Source of the DNA: a virus
Length of the DNA: 64,000 bases
IMG/VR virus record: IMGVR_UViG_3300025018_000098
Coordinates: 104,875-168,874 of that record
Reading direction: 5' to 3' (one strand)
A model generated the notes under the pieces. The model did no database searches. It was not told where the DNA came from and saw only the letters and a program-made list of their open reading frames with translations. This document shows positions 18,219-29,996 of this stretch, one piece after another. Position 1 is the first letter of the stretch. Each line of letters starts with the position of its first letter. A program made the position numbers and the translations under genes.

Positions 18219-20562
18219 GTGCGTCTCCTTCTACCTCACTGATAGCCAAAAAAGAAGGAATACTCACGCTGGAGCACCCCTTCTAGTTCACCATCCGCTC
18301 AGCTCAGAACGGGATGTCGCCATCGGAACCTCCTTTGTCTGGGTATCTCTCCTCGAGGTACTCGTAAGAAGCCTTCGCCTTCAGGTAGCCATACACTCGG
18401 AATGGGGCTCGCAGGAAGGCGAACGGGACGAAGAGTGTCACCCAGATCCCTCCTACGAGTAAACAGAGAGCGCCCTCAACGATCTTGTTGGCATAGTTCA
18501 CCCAGGACAACGCCTCCTCCAATAGGTCTGTGTCCCCGCTACGGTTGAGGATATCCGTCCAGTGTGGCTTCGCCCACCACCCAACTTTGCGTAGCTCCTC
18601 CACGTACGTCTTGAGCTCATACTCAGTCAGGTGATCTAGGTGCTTGGGCTTGGCCTTCACAGGTTGTGCTCCGCCACTAGACATACAACCTCGATCTCGA
18701 CACCGAAGGGGAGCTTAGCCAGCCGCCGAGCCTCCGATGCGTTGGCGCGCTCATCGTGGAACGTGGCCTGTGACATGGCTGCCACAGGCGTAGTGGGGTG
18801 TTGGTATAATCCCCATCAGGCGGAACAGTCGTGTGTAGGTAGTCACCAACCTCCCACTCAGGGAGATCTACGCGTGTCGAGCTAAACACTCGAAGCACAT
18901 ACATGCAGTCACGGTCATCCACCCAACGTCTCCTCGTTGCTACACACGTCGATCAAGGCCAGGGCCAGCAGGGTGTTGAAGTCCGAGCCTGTGTAGCGCC
19001 TGCTACCCATGTCGTTGTCGATCCTGACGCTGAAGAGGTCATCGTCGTTCCTGAAGAAGATCCCCGGGTACCCGCACTCAACCAGCTGCTTGATGAAGTA
19101 CCCAGTGAAGGACTTGTGCGTAAGGTCGGGAACCACCCGCTTGTTCTGCGTGAGGCATGGCATCCCAGGCTCCCACTCCCAACCAGGGCAGTCGATCAAC
19201 TGTTCCGCCACACTTCGCTGTTCCATGTTCATCCTTGTTTCGCCTTCTCGCGCACTTCTGCACGTAGTTTGTATAGTCGGTAGAGGTCGCCCGGGCGGAT
19301 GGTTGGGGGCACCTTCTCGATGCTGTCCCGAACCTCTCGTGTGAGCCCAAGCCAGGGCCTGTCCATGAAGTCACGAATATAGTCCGCTCGAGTGTCGTCC
19401 CCGTGGAAGTCGAGAGCCTCCATCAGGTACATGAGGGCGAGGAAGATATCCACCTCCGCCTCGTGATGGGACAGCATCGGCTCCTCTTCGATGATCTGTC
19501 CCTTGCTGCTTATGCCGATGACGGGTGCGCCCATTTGTCGAAGTCACTCCACAGCCTTGTGGATCCCCCGCCCAGCCGCCTCAGTGGTGGCTCGAGCGAA
19601 GTCGGAGGGTAGGCGGTGCGCCTCCAGCATGTGCTTCGAGCAGATGTCGAACCATTGGGTCTCGCCCTCCCCAAGCACACCGATGACACAGTGGGATGCG
19701 GATCTGGGTGACCTGTCCGGACCTCCGATGGTCAAGGTCACAACGAGGTACTTCTGTGCAAAGGCCTCTGCAGCGTGTGCCGCGGTCGGCGCCTCAATGG
19801 TCTCTGGGCCGGAACCCTTCCGCCAGACTTCCCAAGTGGGACCCTTGGGGGGCTTGGGCTTGGGTTGCGGGCACAGGACCTCGTACGTGCACTGGAGATA
19901 GCCCTCCATACGCACGATCTCGTCATATTGTTCTTGTAGTGTTCGGTCGACGTTCATCATTCTTCACCTTCTTTCTCGTTGATTGTGACCACAACGCAGT
20001 CCGCGGCCCAGGCGTCTGTCCCATCCTTGAACAACAAGAGCGGTGTGTGCTCCGAGGGATAGTCGATCCCAGTAAGGACCCGGCAATCCACCCGGGACCC
20101 AATCAGCACCCAGACACGCGTACCTATCGGCTCACCCGGCCGAGGCCGCCGCACGTGAACACCGAGGTTGGGCTCGGGCACCCCCGGAATCAGGGCAAGG
20201 GCTTCCTGAAAACAGTTCTTGCAGAACCACCGTGAGCCGTCTCCCGAGTACTCCATCATGATGACAGTAGGTAGGCCCTTGGCGCCGCACTCATCACACG
20301 TGTACCCCAAGTCGGCACTACATAGACGCATCGGGCTGTTCCTCCTGGATGGCCGCCCGCTGATCTCCGTCCCAGGCCAAGGTAAGGCGCTCATTGCATG
20401 CTGCAGCGAAGGTCGCCCAGTCATCCTCCCGGTCTGGAAAGCGGCCGGCGCAGAAGCCCAGGGCCATATCGAAGGTGTCGAGGATGGCGGCACAGTCCAC
20501 CTCAGCTACCCACCTACTGAACTCAAGGAAGAGATCCTCGAGATCCTTACTCATCTTGGTTG

Positions 20563-21126
20563 TCATATGCAGTCCTCCAGCTCTGTGATGTGGTCCTCTG
20601 TGAGCATCCAGGAGTTGCCTTCGTACTGGAAGATGTACTGCTGCCCTCGGTAGCCCTCGTCGTCCTCCTGGAGAGGAGCCTGCTCGCAGGTGATCCTCAT
20701 CCCATTATACATGCTTCTCTCCCCTGGAGACATCCTGCATGCCATGTCAACTAGCCAACGGATCTGTGCCCTGTCGAAGACCACGTTGTCAATCTCTACG
20801 CGGGTGACCGCATCGATGGTGATGTAGGCGGGCTCGGGCTCTTCTGCCATTGCAACCGCCGCCGTGCCTAGATCCGTTGGCTTGACCTCTTCCTCCGTAC
20901 CTGCGAACTGGAAGGTCTCTCGGTACTGTGCCATCGCTACCTCCACCGAGTACTTGTGCGGACTCCCCTCAGCGGGGGACACCCCGAGGAACGTGACAAG
21001 GATGTTGCCTCGTTGGACGGTGTCGCCCGAGTTCTTGAGCGTGCCCACTATCAGGCGCACCCAGAGCCACTCTCGGTCAGTGAGTGGTCGTCCTACTACG
21101 TCGAACTTGTTGATGATCTGTCCCAT
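20563..21126 (-). CDS. Hypothetical two-domain protein
   Basis: Behind promoter motif 21144-21153; contains two family-like repeats. Confidence 0.65.
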   Translation of the reverse strand: MGQIINKFDVVGRPLTDREWLWVRLIVGTLKNSGDTVQRGNILVTFLGVSPAEGSPHKYSVEVAMAQYRETFQFAGTEEEVKPTDLGTAAVAMAEEPEPAYITIDAVTRVEIDNVVFDRAQIRWLVDMACRMSPGERSMYNGMRITCEQAPLQEDDEGYRGQQYIFQYEGNSWMLTEDHITELEDCI

Positions 21127-21204
21127 ATTCTTCCCTTTCACCTTGCTTATAGGCCAAAGAAGGTCCCTCTCAGGACCTTCTTCTACTCAGCACTAGCTCG
21201 CTGG

Positions 21205-21615
21205 CTATACCAGTCGGAGCTTACCCTTGGGCTTCTTGGGCCCAGAGAGCTTCTGCGTGGTCTCTGCCTGCGTCGGGGTAGGCCTCTCCTCCCCTCTGGT
21301 GGTGCCGACAGCACCCATCTTGCTGAAGGACATCACGTCATCCATGTCTGGTCCATAGATGATGGCAGCAAGTGCCGGCCATGGGATGTAGCAGCTGAAG
21401 GATCGCATGTTGAACGAGAGCACTGCCTCGATCCCCTCCTCATGCATCTCGACCTTTGGCGGTCGCGCTAGGCCCTCGCCTAAAGAAAGCCGTACGAAGT
21501 CCTGCGACATCAAGTCCTCAGGTAGTTGTACGCCCGGTGTCTGCGGACGCACCATGACGTCATACAAGAGCTCGTTTTCTGCGACCATCTCTGCAGCTGC
21601 CCACACGTAGTTCAT
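21205..21615 (-). CDS. sspB: SspB-like ClpXP adaptor
   Basis: PGVQLPEDL...VRLSLG...GIEAVLSFN...CYIPWPALAAI, a flexible linker and a C-terminal KLRLV XB-like tail. Confidence 0.8.
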   Translation of the reverse strand: MNYVWAAAEMVAENELLYDVMVRPQTPGVQLPEDLMSQDFVRLSLGEGLARPPKVEMHEEGIEAVLSFNMRSFSCYIPWPALAAIIYGPDMDDVMSFSKMGAVGTTRGEERPTPTQAETTQKLSGPKKPKGKLRLV

Positions 21616-22454
21616 TCTTCCTCCAAACCACCCGAGGGTGCTCGTGCCTCTACCTTGATGTCCCCTACTCGGCAGTGGTACCGGTCCCCAATGGTTGAGG
21701 TCAGGAAGACGGTGTCTTCATGCCCTGCCTCGATCCACGCCACTATGAAGCTGTGGGCAGCTTGGGGCGGGGACTGAGTCGCTGGCCACCCTATCTGATC
21801 CCCAGTCATCACCATGCAAGGGCCCATAGCGCTCATCCAGTGCACGTAGTTACCAAGCCGACCTTGCATGGGCACGATCTTCGGAGGCTCCCCCAACTCC
21901 TGTGCGATGCGGTCCTTGTATTCCTTTTGGAACTCCTCATCAGTCATGTGGACTGACTCAGCCTTGTGTATCTCCACGCTCTTCGACTTGGGGAATGGGG
22001 CTCGGAAATCGGGGTGCCTGACCTCCTTGAAGGGGACCTCGAGTGGAGAAGGTGGCTCTCTCTTGTCTTGGTGACGCTGCTCGTTGAGGTTCATGAGGTG
22101 GTGGACACTCATGTGCGGGCTGTACACCTGCACACCGAGGTAGCGGAAGTGCTCACCCAGCCGGTGCTCCAGCGAGGTGCGGACAGCCTTGTAAGCCGTG
22201 CGAATGATCTCCGTGTCTGTGGAGTACGGGCTCAGGTACCACTTGCGTGCCTTCTGCAGCACAGGTCGGCCTGGGTCCCCGGGGACACCCCCGTTCACGT
22301 CTGACTCGTAGTACGTGAACTGGAGCAAGAAGCCGTCGCCCTTCTCCAACAGGAGGAACTTGGGACGGTCATACAGGACCCTGCCGAGATCGATACGCTC
22401 GAGCTCGGCCATGATGTCAGCTCGGGTCTTCCGCTCTTGCTTAGCCATGCTCAC
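21612..22454 (-). CDS. Conserved phage hypothetical protein
   Basis: RKWYLS...EIIRTAYKA...EH...E.F.Y.G...SPH pattern. Confidence 0.6.
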   Translation of the reverse strand: MSMAKQERKTRADIMAELERIDLGRVLYDRPKFLLLEKGDGFLLQFTYYESDVNGGVPGDPGRPVLQKARKWYLSPYSTDTEIIRTAYKAVRTSLEHRLGEHFRYLGVQVYSPHMSVHHLMNLNEQRHQDKREPPSPLEVPFKEVRHPDFRAPFPKSKSVEIHKAESVHMTDEEFQKEYKDRIAQELGEPPKIVPMQGRLGNYVHWMSAMGPCMVMTGDQIGWPATQSPPQAAHSFIVAWIEAGHEDTVFLTSTIGDRYHCRVGDIKVEARAPSGGLEEE

Positions 22455-23395
22455 CTCCGCAGTCGATCATCCGTGCACCTAGCTGCTCCATGATCGAATC
22501 GATCGTGCGTACCCTGTCTTCCACACGCATACGCACGGTGTGTCCCTCCCTCAGGAACAAGTGAAGGATGTGCGGGTTCTCCCCGTCCGGCCGGATGTGG
22601 ACGTTCTGCCCAGCATCCAAGATGTCGTCGTATATTCGAGTGAATCCCATGTCTACCTCATTGGCCCGGGGTGCAGTAGGCGCAGTCTACCTGCACCCAC
22701 TGCCCGGGCTGTCCGTTGATGCTCAGTGTGTGGTACCGCCCCCGCCCGCTGCAGTGCGGACAGGAGTGGCGGGTGTACCTCTTCGGGGCTGGCTCCAGAG
22801 GGACAACGGCACCAGTTGGTTCGTCATTTCTTTTCGGCTCGTCTGATGTATGGGTCATTTGGCTGGCATGACGGTGGTTATATCCATCGTGTGTCCCAGC
22901 ACCATCCTGGTCTCTTCAAGCGCCTCGATTATCCGGGTGTGTGCCAGCGTTGCTGCAGTGTCTAAATCCTCGGCGTCCACCAGTAGGGTCAGGTGCATAG
23001 TTACCTCTACCTCATACTTTGACATCTTGTCTCCTCGTCAGGCTGCACGGTCCACGGGTTTCTTGTCGGTCAGCTCGCACCAGCAGACCGAGCACGCTTC
23101 TGGATGCTTGTCTGCGCCACCGTTCTCCCAGCCGTCCCAGCACCCGCAGTGTGGACAGAGGAACCAGTCCTGCTGTTCTTCGATGAGGAGCGTGTCGAGA
23201 AGAGGATCAAGATCAGCGCGAACATTTGTCTGGCCGACCCTCAACATGAGCTCAGTGTGTGCCCTCTTGTACGCCTCAAGCCCTTCTTCCTCTTCTAGCT
23301 CCTCAAGGGCGTAGTACTCCTCGTGTGTCAGGTACGTGTACAGCACGGTACCGTTGGGATCCATGTTGGCGTCCCACAGCAGTGGGTACTCACAG

Positions 23396-24007
23396 TCAGC
23401 CAGAGTACGCATAGTCGTCTTCCTCTCGCTGCCGTACGAGATATCCCTGCATCTCGTTGTAGAGCACAGAGAAGGGGAATCGTGCGCGAAGCATGTCGGA
23501 GCACGGAACTCCTGCGAACTCTGCAGACCCTACGACTGAGTCTGCTTGTGGGTACATTCGTGTGGGCGCGATCTGGAGCACAGCACGCAGGGCATGTATA
23601 TGGACGGGGAAGTCACTGAGTTCACCATAAGTACCACCTTGTTGTGCACGATACTCCAACCAGGCCGACCAGGCCGACGTTCCCCGGGCTGTCTTGCCCG
23701 TCGCCATGAGGTCCCTGGCCAGCGACTTGTCCTCTTCGGAAGCATGTTGCTCCCAGATGGGAACTGCTGCCTGAGCACATTCTCGAGCAAACTCTAGATA
23801 GCGGTCGTGCTCTCCATCATCTAGTTCCCAGAGCAGCCAGAGCATCCAATCGCTACGAGTACAGTTCTCCCAGAGCCACTTGAGATCTTGGTGGATGTTC
23901 GCACTTACCCAATCCGTGGCTTCTTCACATGCGTACAGCGTATGCAGCAGATCCAGGAATGCTTGGCCCTGCATGATTTCTCCCTCCGCGATTTTGGAAT
24001 CATCCAT
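23396..24007 (-). CDS. Hypothetical protein (AC-EA..W / C-R-DWMLWL; Imm5-like helical part)
   Basis: ACEEATDWV...WENCTRSDWMLWLL...FARECAQAAVPIWE. Confidence 0.55.
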   Translation of the reverse strand: MDDSKIAEGEIMQGQAFLDLLHTLYACEEATDWVSANIHQDLKWLWENCTRSDWMLWLLWELDDGEHDRYLEFARECAQAAVPIWEQHASEEDKSLARDLMATGKTARGTSAWSAWLEYRAQQGGTYGELSDFPVHIHALRAVLQIAPTRMYPQADSVVGSAEFAGVPCSDMLRARFPFSVLYNEMQGYLVRQREEDDYAYSG

Positions 24008-25239
24008 GTTTGGTACCTCCAGTTGGTGTGGTCGGTGGTTCAGGTGTGTGCCGCCAATGGGTGGGCGTTCCCATCCGGACACCGTCTTGGTCCACCCAGT
24101 CTTCCCACCCCTCGTACAGTGTGCCCAGCTCGAGCACCTCGTTCTCTGCATTCCACGTGAGTACGAGCTCATCCCGCGGTGCCTGGTCCATGGGGAACCA
24201 GGGCTGCTCCCGTTCATCATCCATCGCCTGCAGGATGACCTGGGCCATCGCGACAGCCACATCGTCCGGGATGTTCGCGCCCGGGACCTCAAGACAGTCC
24301 AACATAGCCGCTCGAGCCTTGTTCATGGCCTCCCAAGCAACCTTCCGGGCCTCGATCTCTGCATGTTGTAAATGTCGGGCTCTGTGGTCCTTGCTATTGG
24401 CCGCTACGAACTCGGTACACAGCTCGTACAGTCCTCGGGGCTCATCATTTGGTGTCTGGGTCATCTTTGTCTCTCGTTTGCTTGTTTGGTGCTTCTGCCC
24501 ATCTACGTGGCCGTAAAGTGGCGTCTATTCTGAAGTTGGGGTGGATTATGGTGTTCATAGCCTCTCCAGGGGGCCTCAAATCCTTAGGCGCTGTAGAGAG
24601 CTCTGGTGTTGGGGGCATCTTCCCGACGTACATCTCAGGGCCTACTGCATACCTCGCCCCCCTCCTTCTTCAGCCTATCTGCGATGAGGCGGCCCAATCT
24701 GTTCTCTGGGGGCATCTCCTCGAGCCTACCCATGGCCTCTGGGGTGAAGATGGCCTCCTTTAGCCCCTCCGCGTCTTTACCGTACACCGCAGAGTGCACG
24801 GCCACCCTGAGTCGCTTGTACGCATCGTGCAGTGCCCTGTTCTCATCATCCATGGCTGCGATGATGAGTCTGGCTGCATCCACATGGGTACTTGTACCCT
24901 GCATCGTTCTGGGGTGCCCCCAGCCCTGTCTCTTTGGCCACGGCCTCATGCTCCTTCCACAGGCTGTATAGGAGCTCGATGGCCTGTGCGTTGCTTATCC
25001 CAGGTCTCGTAGGTGGTGATGACCTCGAGCAACTTGGAGCGCAGCGTCATAGCCACACGCCGTGCCTGTTGTGAGAGTCATCCGAGTCGTCGAGCTTGGC
25101 CACATCCGCGGTGTACGCCTCCACATACTCATCCGTGAGCATCCCATCTTGAATAGCCCGGCTGACCTCCTGTTCGAGAATGTACGTGAGGTCTTCGTCG
25201 GTGGTTAGATCACCACGATTTCGATCTTGTATGTCTTCA

Positions 25240-25713
25240 TCAGTCTGAGTTCTCCCATGTCAGGATGGCCCGGGCCCCCTTGAGATCTTGTGAGGGCTCA
25301 TCTTTGCCCAGGCTGAGTGGGTCACCCCACTCCAGTGTTGGTAGCTCTTCGATGACCACAGGCAGCCACGCCTCCCCGAAGTGCTTCTGATCCCCGAGAA
25401 GGTGTGAGCTGATGGCTATCTCTGGCGCGGTCATGAACCTGAGCCATGGGTACATGCTGCCGGGCCCTACGAGATCCATGGCCCGTGCCCTAATCTTGTT
25501 TAGGGGTGCCCAGAAGTCCCGCACCTTCTCGTAGGCATCATGTGGTCCTGGTGTGAACCCTGTGCTTAGGGGAACCAGATGCCCCTTCGCCCGGGGCTGG
25601 GCACACAGCGTCCCGCCTGTCTGGTTGCTGTACCAGATCCCGTTGGGGCTCAACAGGATGAGGTGGTCATCCTTGATGGGGAATAGTGAGATCGTCACCT
25701 TGTCTGTACTCAT
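25240..25713 (-). CDS. DUF6210-like protein
   Basis: YSNQTGGTLC.QP...LVPL...EAWLPV...LTWENSD. Confidence 0.5.
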   Translation of the reverse strand: MSTDKVTISLFPIKDDHLILLSPNGIWYSNQTGGTLCAQPRAKGHLVPLSTGFTPGPHDAYEKVRDFWAPLNKIRARAMDLVGPGSMYPWLRFMTAPEIAISSHLLGDQKHFGEAWLPVVIEELPTLEWGDPLSLGKDEPSQDLKGARAILTWENSD

Positions 25714-25897
25714 CAGTAGGGGTTGCTCCAGGTGTCTGCCTGCTCTTGTGTGATGACCCCGCTCTTCTGGAGACTGTCCACGTAGTTACACCACTCTTGG
25801 CTGCGAGCAGGTTTGTCTACGATGCCGTCCTTCTCGTACTTCTTCTTGATGTGCGGAAGGACATATTTCTTGAAGTTCTCAAGCACCTCGGCCTTGG

Positions 25898-26389
25898 TCA
25901 TGTGGTCACCATCGCCGCTTCGGCCTTCTCTTGTTTGTCCGTCTCCCACCGGGCCAGCAGAGTATCCATGACCTCGTCGAAGCAGCTGAAGTAGTAAGCG
26001 CCTGGGACCACGAGGGCTATCCCTCCGCTGAAGGCATCCGCCCGAGGCTTGTCACACCAACAGGCGTAGGAGATAGGGATGCCTGTGCTATGTGGGCGGT
26101 GCAGCTCCAAGAACTTGGCCATCCACGCCGCGGCGATCTCCACATCCCCCTCGGACTCATCCGAGTAGATGTACGCCCGATGTCCCCCGCCCTTGTCGAA
26201 CTCCACAGTGGGGATCGAACCGATGTTCTCAATGTCGTAATCACACAGGATGCTCTCCACATCCTTCTGCTCTGCCGCCCCATCCATCATGAGGTCAGTC
26301 AGGACCTTGTTGGTCGTCGTGAGCCACTGCTTCTCCGCATCTGTGATGTTGATGAGGCTGAAGCTGAACCCGTTGTAGTAGTTAGCCAC
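25898..26389 (-). CDS. Hypothetical protein (paralog of 15217-15729)
   Basis: NYYNGFSFSL..ITDAEKQWL...DAFSGGIALV. Confidence 0.7.
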   Translation of the reverse strand: MANYYNGFSFSLINITDAEKQWLTTTNKVLTDLMMDGAAEQKDVESILCDYDIENIGSIPTVEFDKGGGHRAYIYSDESEGDVEIAAAWMAKFLELHRPHSTGIPISYACWCDKPRADAFSGGIALVVPGAYYFSCFDEVMDTLLARWETDKQEKAEAAMVTT

Positions 26390-26650
26390 TGGTGTCGTCC
26401 TTTGGGATGCGTGCGAGTTCTTTCTGATTCACGTCCGGGATCTCGATGCCGAAGTCTTCGTACATCGCCTTCATCATGTCTCGAGAGGCGAACCTCCGAG
26501 CTCGAGCCTCCCGGAACTTGACGTACTCATCCGAGTAGAGCTCACTCCCGGAGCTGACCCAGGCCTGGTACGCCTTGATGTGCTCGTAGATGAGCTTCTC
26601 TGTGATGATGGCGGCCTTGTCGTAGGCCATGTTGCGCTTCCTTGCAGTGC

Positions 26651-27232
26651 TCATGGCAACTCCTGCCGTACCCGCTCGGCGTACGTGTTCTGGGCCTCAG
26701 CCTCAAAGGACTCTGCGCTGAGCTCAGCCCAGATCATGTCTTCGAGGTGGTCCTTGTCTGGGTGCCCCTCCCGTACAACGGCCAGAAGATGCCCAACCTC
26801 ATGGATGACTAGGCCTGTGGACCTCATCAACGTGCCGTGTATGTCCTCCACCACCAGCATGGGGATGCTCCGCTTTCCGATCTTGGCCTTGGCGTAAGTC
26901 TGCACCCCGTGGAGATCCTTGTTCACCTTGATGGCATAGTGCACAACCAGCTTGGGGTAGTCCTTACCTATGGCCCCGTGCCAGGGTGTGTACCGAAGCC
27001 AGATGTTACCGCAGATATCGAGGGCCTTGGCCAGATGCTGCAGGTACCTATCCTGCGTCGCAGTTGGGTACTCCCGCTCGAAGATGGCAATCACCTCGAT
27101 GCCCCGGATGTTGACGACCCGTCGAGTGCCAGTGGGATACTGGATCTTGCGCCCCTTGGTGACGAGATAGATGCCCATGCCAACGAAGGCCGCGGCGGTG
27201 ATAGCTGTGATGATGATCTGTTCTATGCTCAT
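26651..27232 (-). CDS. Membrane-anchored HExxH protein
   Basis: N-terminal hydrophobic helix; VIHEVGHLL. Confidence 0.5.
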   Translation of the reverse strand: MSIEQIIITAITAAAFVGMGIYLVTKGRKIQYPTGTRRVVNIRGIEVIAIFEREYPTATQDRYLQHLAKALDICGNIWLRYTPWHGAIGKDYPKLVVHYAIKVNKDLHGVQTYAKAKIGKRSIPMLVVEDIHGTLMRSTGLVIHEVGHLLAVVREGHPDKDHLEDMIWAELSAESFEAEAQNTYAERVRQELP

Positions 27233-27406
27233 GTTTCTGTACTCACTTCTTCAGGCCATACCCGAGTATCTGTTGGGTGAATACCACCCTGTTTCTTCTT
27301 CTCCCGCTCAGTGAGTCGCATGGCTTCCCATGCAGCTACCTGCGTCTTGTGCGGCCCACCCTTGATGAGCCCGCCACCTGCGGCGAACCACACGATCTTC
27401 TTCTTC

Positions 27407-28075
27407 TTAGCCATGTGTGCCCTCCTTGAGCTGCTTCTCGATAATGGCTGCGATATCGGAGGGCTTCCATCCCTCGGGCTTGAGGATCTTGCCGTCCTCT
27501 CGGCGCGTGATGACTCCATTCGGGGCCTTGGCCATGTTGGTGCGCTGCACCTCCGCGAAGACCTCGTTGATGTCGATGCCGAGGGTCAGGGCGTAGCCGT
27601 AGGTCACGTACAGGATGTCGGCGAGGGCATCAGCCATCTCCACGAGATCCTTCTTCGCGATGGCGGCCCAGAGCTCTTCTGTCTCCTCCTCGATCATACC
27701 TATCCGCAGGGTGTGCACCTCCTTGGACACGTCGATGGGGTGTGGAGGGATGTTTTGCCCCACCAGCTCCATGAACTCCCGCACCTGATCTTGGTGTGTT
27801 GTGATGGCGAGGATATCCTCTGCGTCTATGCTGCATTGGAACCTGCTTCGAAGCATGTTGTGTCTGTCACTTGCTTCGTGCATCGCCACCTCGGCCTCGC
27901 CAAACTGTCGTTGGAGACTGATCAGCTCTGCTGTGTGGGTTTCCAGGTGCTGCACCTTTTTGCGGCGTGCTGCGAGCTTATCCTTGGCCTCGTGCATCTT
28001 GTTGATGGCTGCTGTTTCGGCAGCCTCAGCTGCAAGCACCTTGCGTGCCTGCTCTTGTATCTCGATTAGGGTCAT
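27407..28075 (-). CDS. MazG-like nucleotide pyrophosphohydrolase (dUTPase-like) with coiled-coil N-terminus
   Basis: IEEETEEL...EMADALADILYVTYG...EVQRTNMAK...REDGKILKPEGW. Confidence 0.85.
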   Translation of the reverse strand: MTLIEIQEQARKVLAAEAAETAAINKMHEAKDKLAARRKKVQHLETHTAELISLQRQFGEAEVAMHEASDRHNMLRSRFQCSIDAEDILAITTHQDQVREFMELVGQNIPPHPIDVSKEVHTLRIGMIEEETEELWAAIAKKDLVEMADALADILYVTYGYALTLGIDINEVFAEVQRTNMAKAPNGVITRREDGKILKPEGWKPSDIAAIIEKQLKEGTHG

Positions 28076-28636
28076 GGGTCCTCCAGTGGGAATGCAATGG
28101 CCAGCCTCAGCGCCAGCTCAGCTCGATCGTTCTCGTCGTCCAGAGACAAGCTGCTCGAGGTATCCAACAGCGCCCTGTACTTCTGCGCCTGGGTGTTGCA
28201 GCGGATCTCCTTCTCGAACTCTTCCAGGTTGTTGAGAGCCTGCACCAACGTGAGACCCTCATGCTCTAGTCGGTGCTTCTCGTACTTATTCCGCCAGTGC
28301 CTGGCATAGTCGATAACGCACGTTCGAAGCTGCTCAAGTTGGTCCTCTTGTCGGGCGTCCATCACCTCCGGATGGGTCTCCTCGAGGAGACACGACTCGG
28401 CATGGTTCGCCCAGTGCCGGAGTGCAGACGCTAGACGTTCGGCCACCTTGCTCTGTGCCATACTGTTATACTCTGGTGCATTAACCCAGGCCATGTAGAG
28501 GGTCTCTATCTCCCCGTTGAACTGTGTGGGGAGCCCCCCCCCCCTTGGGCCAGAAGTGCTCATGTGGTGCCTGCGTCAGCTTGCGCGCCCCATCCCGTGC
28601 GATATCGATCAACTGCTTCTTCGTATAAACTACCAT
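28072..28636 (-). CDS. Hypothetical protein, probably frameshifted at a G11 run
   Basis: MVVYTKKQL...FWPKGG joins LPTQFNGE... if one G at 28534-28544 is removed. Confidence 0.45.
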
Positions 28637-29195
28637 CTGTATCTTCCTGTTATGCAGACTCATCCACCTCTGGGCACAGCCAGAGATCGGGGCACGCTTG
28701 GACACGAGCTGCAGCATCGTCACATGACGAGGCATCTCGCTCTTGTCCCTGTTCAGGCACCCCTATGTCAACGACTACTTGTACAACCCCAGCATCTACA
28801 GCTTCGTAGACAGGTAGGGGCATACTCACGATGGGGTCGGATATGGCTTCTTGGATCGATGGATGCAGCGAAGCACCAAACAAGATCCCCACCACCCCCA
28901 CAATCCAAAGATGCTTCGTCATCCTGTTCCTCCATCGGTGTCGAGGCCCCCTCCCAAAGGAGGAGCACATCGAGTGACTCTTGCTTGACTGGGATGACCG
29001 AGAGGTCCTCGGGCCCATAGGGATCCACTGAGAGGCGGGCATAGAACATGTCCACCTCTCGGCCTGCAAGCTCCTGTTGGTGCTCAAGGTCGAGCTGGTG
29101 CTCGTGCTCGAGCCAGGCGAGCTCGCACTCTTTGTCCAGCTGCGTCATCCATGCGATCTCGATCTCGAAACAGCAGTGGATAGTGGTGGGACTCT

Positions 29196-29903
29196 CTACC
29201 TGAACTTGATGTAGTAGTTCGTCAGCCACTGCTTCACCAGCCCTCGCTTAGTGCCTGCATCCCCTCCAACCCCTTCCACGATCTCATCGTACATCACACG
29301 ACCTGCCCGGATGCCCTGAAGGTTCGCCCCTTCCGTGTTGGACACGATCTTTGTCGCATCTGCAAAGGTCAGCCCCTTGCCGTACTCCGGCCGAGCATCG
29401 TGAAAGCGGGAGGCCAGGAACACTCTCGAGCCCTCACGCAGGTGGCAGTAGGTGAAGATGCCCAAGTCGCCTCGAGACGTCATGTACATACTGAGAGGAG
29501 TCACCGCCCGTTCCTTGCGGTCCTTGCGCATACCCGTGTAGTCGATGTGCAACGTGCTCCCGTTGGCAAGGGCAACCACACATGTCGTGAGCACCTCCAC
29601 TATCGTCTCAGTCTCCGCAAGACGCTTGACCTTAGGCAAGGCCTTCTGCAGCTTGTCCAGCTCGGTTGGGGTGAACAGGTACGACGCACCATCCTGGCGC
29701 ACCCCCACACCTTCCGGCGCATTGTGTCTATACCGAACATGGATCTCGGACGTATCCGTCTTGACGAGCGCCTTGGAGTCCTTCCGCTTCCACATCTGAA
29801 TGACCCAGTGGGCGTCCTCCAAGCTGAGCTCTGGGTCATGCCCCTGTTCCATGATCCTCGTGGCGTCCAAGAGGATCTTATTGCCTGCTACTTTTATCTT
29901 CAT
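29196..29903 (-). CDS. WYL-domain protein
   Basis: LHIDYTG....KERAVTP......TYCHLREGSRVFLASRF; behind promoter motif 29939-29948. Confidence 0.8.
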   Translation of the reverse strand: MKIKVAGNKILLDATRIMEQGHDPELSLEDAHWVIQMWKRKDSKALVKTDTSEIHVRYRHNAPEGVGVRQDGASYLFTPTELDKLQKALPKVKRLAETETIVEVLTTCVVALANGSTLHIDYTGMRKDRKERAVTPLSMYMTSRGDLGIFTYCHLREGSRVFLASRFHDARPEYGKGLTFADATKIVSNTEGANLQGIRAGRVMYDEIVEGVGGDAGTKRGLVKQWLTNYYIKFR

Positions 29904-29996
29904 CGTGTTCTCCTTCGCAGCACTTTGCCGCTTCACCCTGCTTATAGGAGCAAAGAAGAACTTCTCAGCCGAAGCTGAGGTCCTCCTTTGTTGTGG

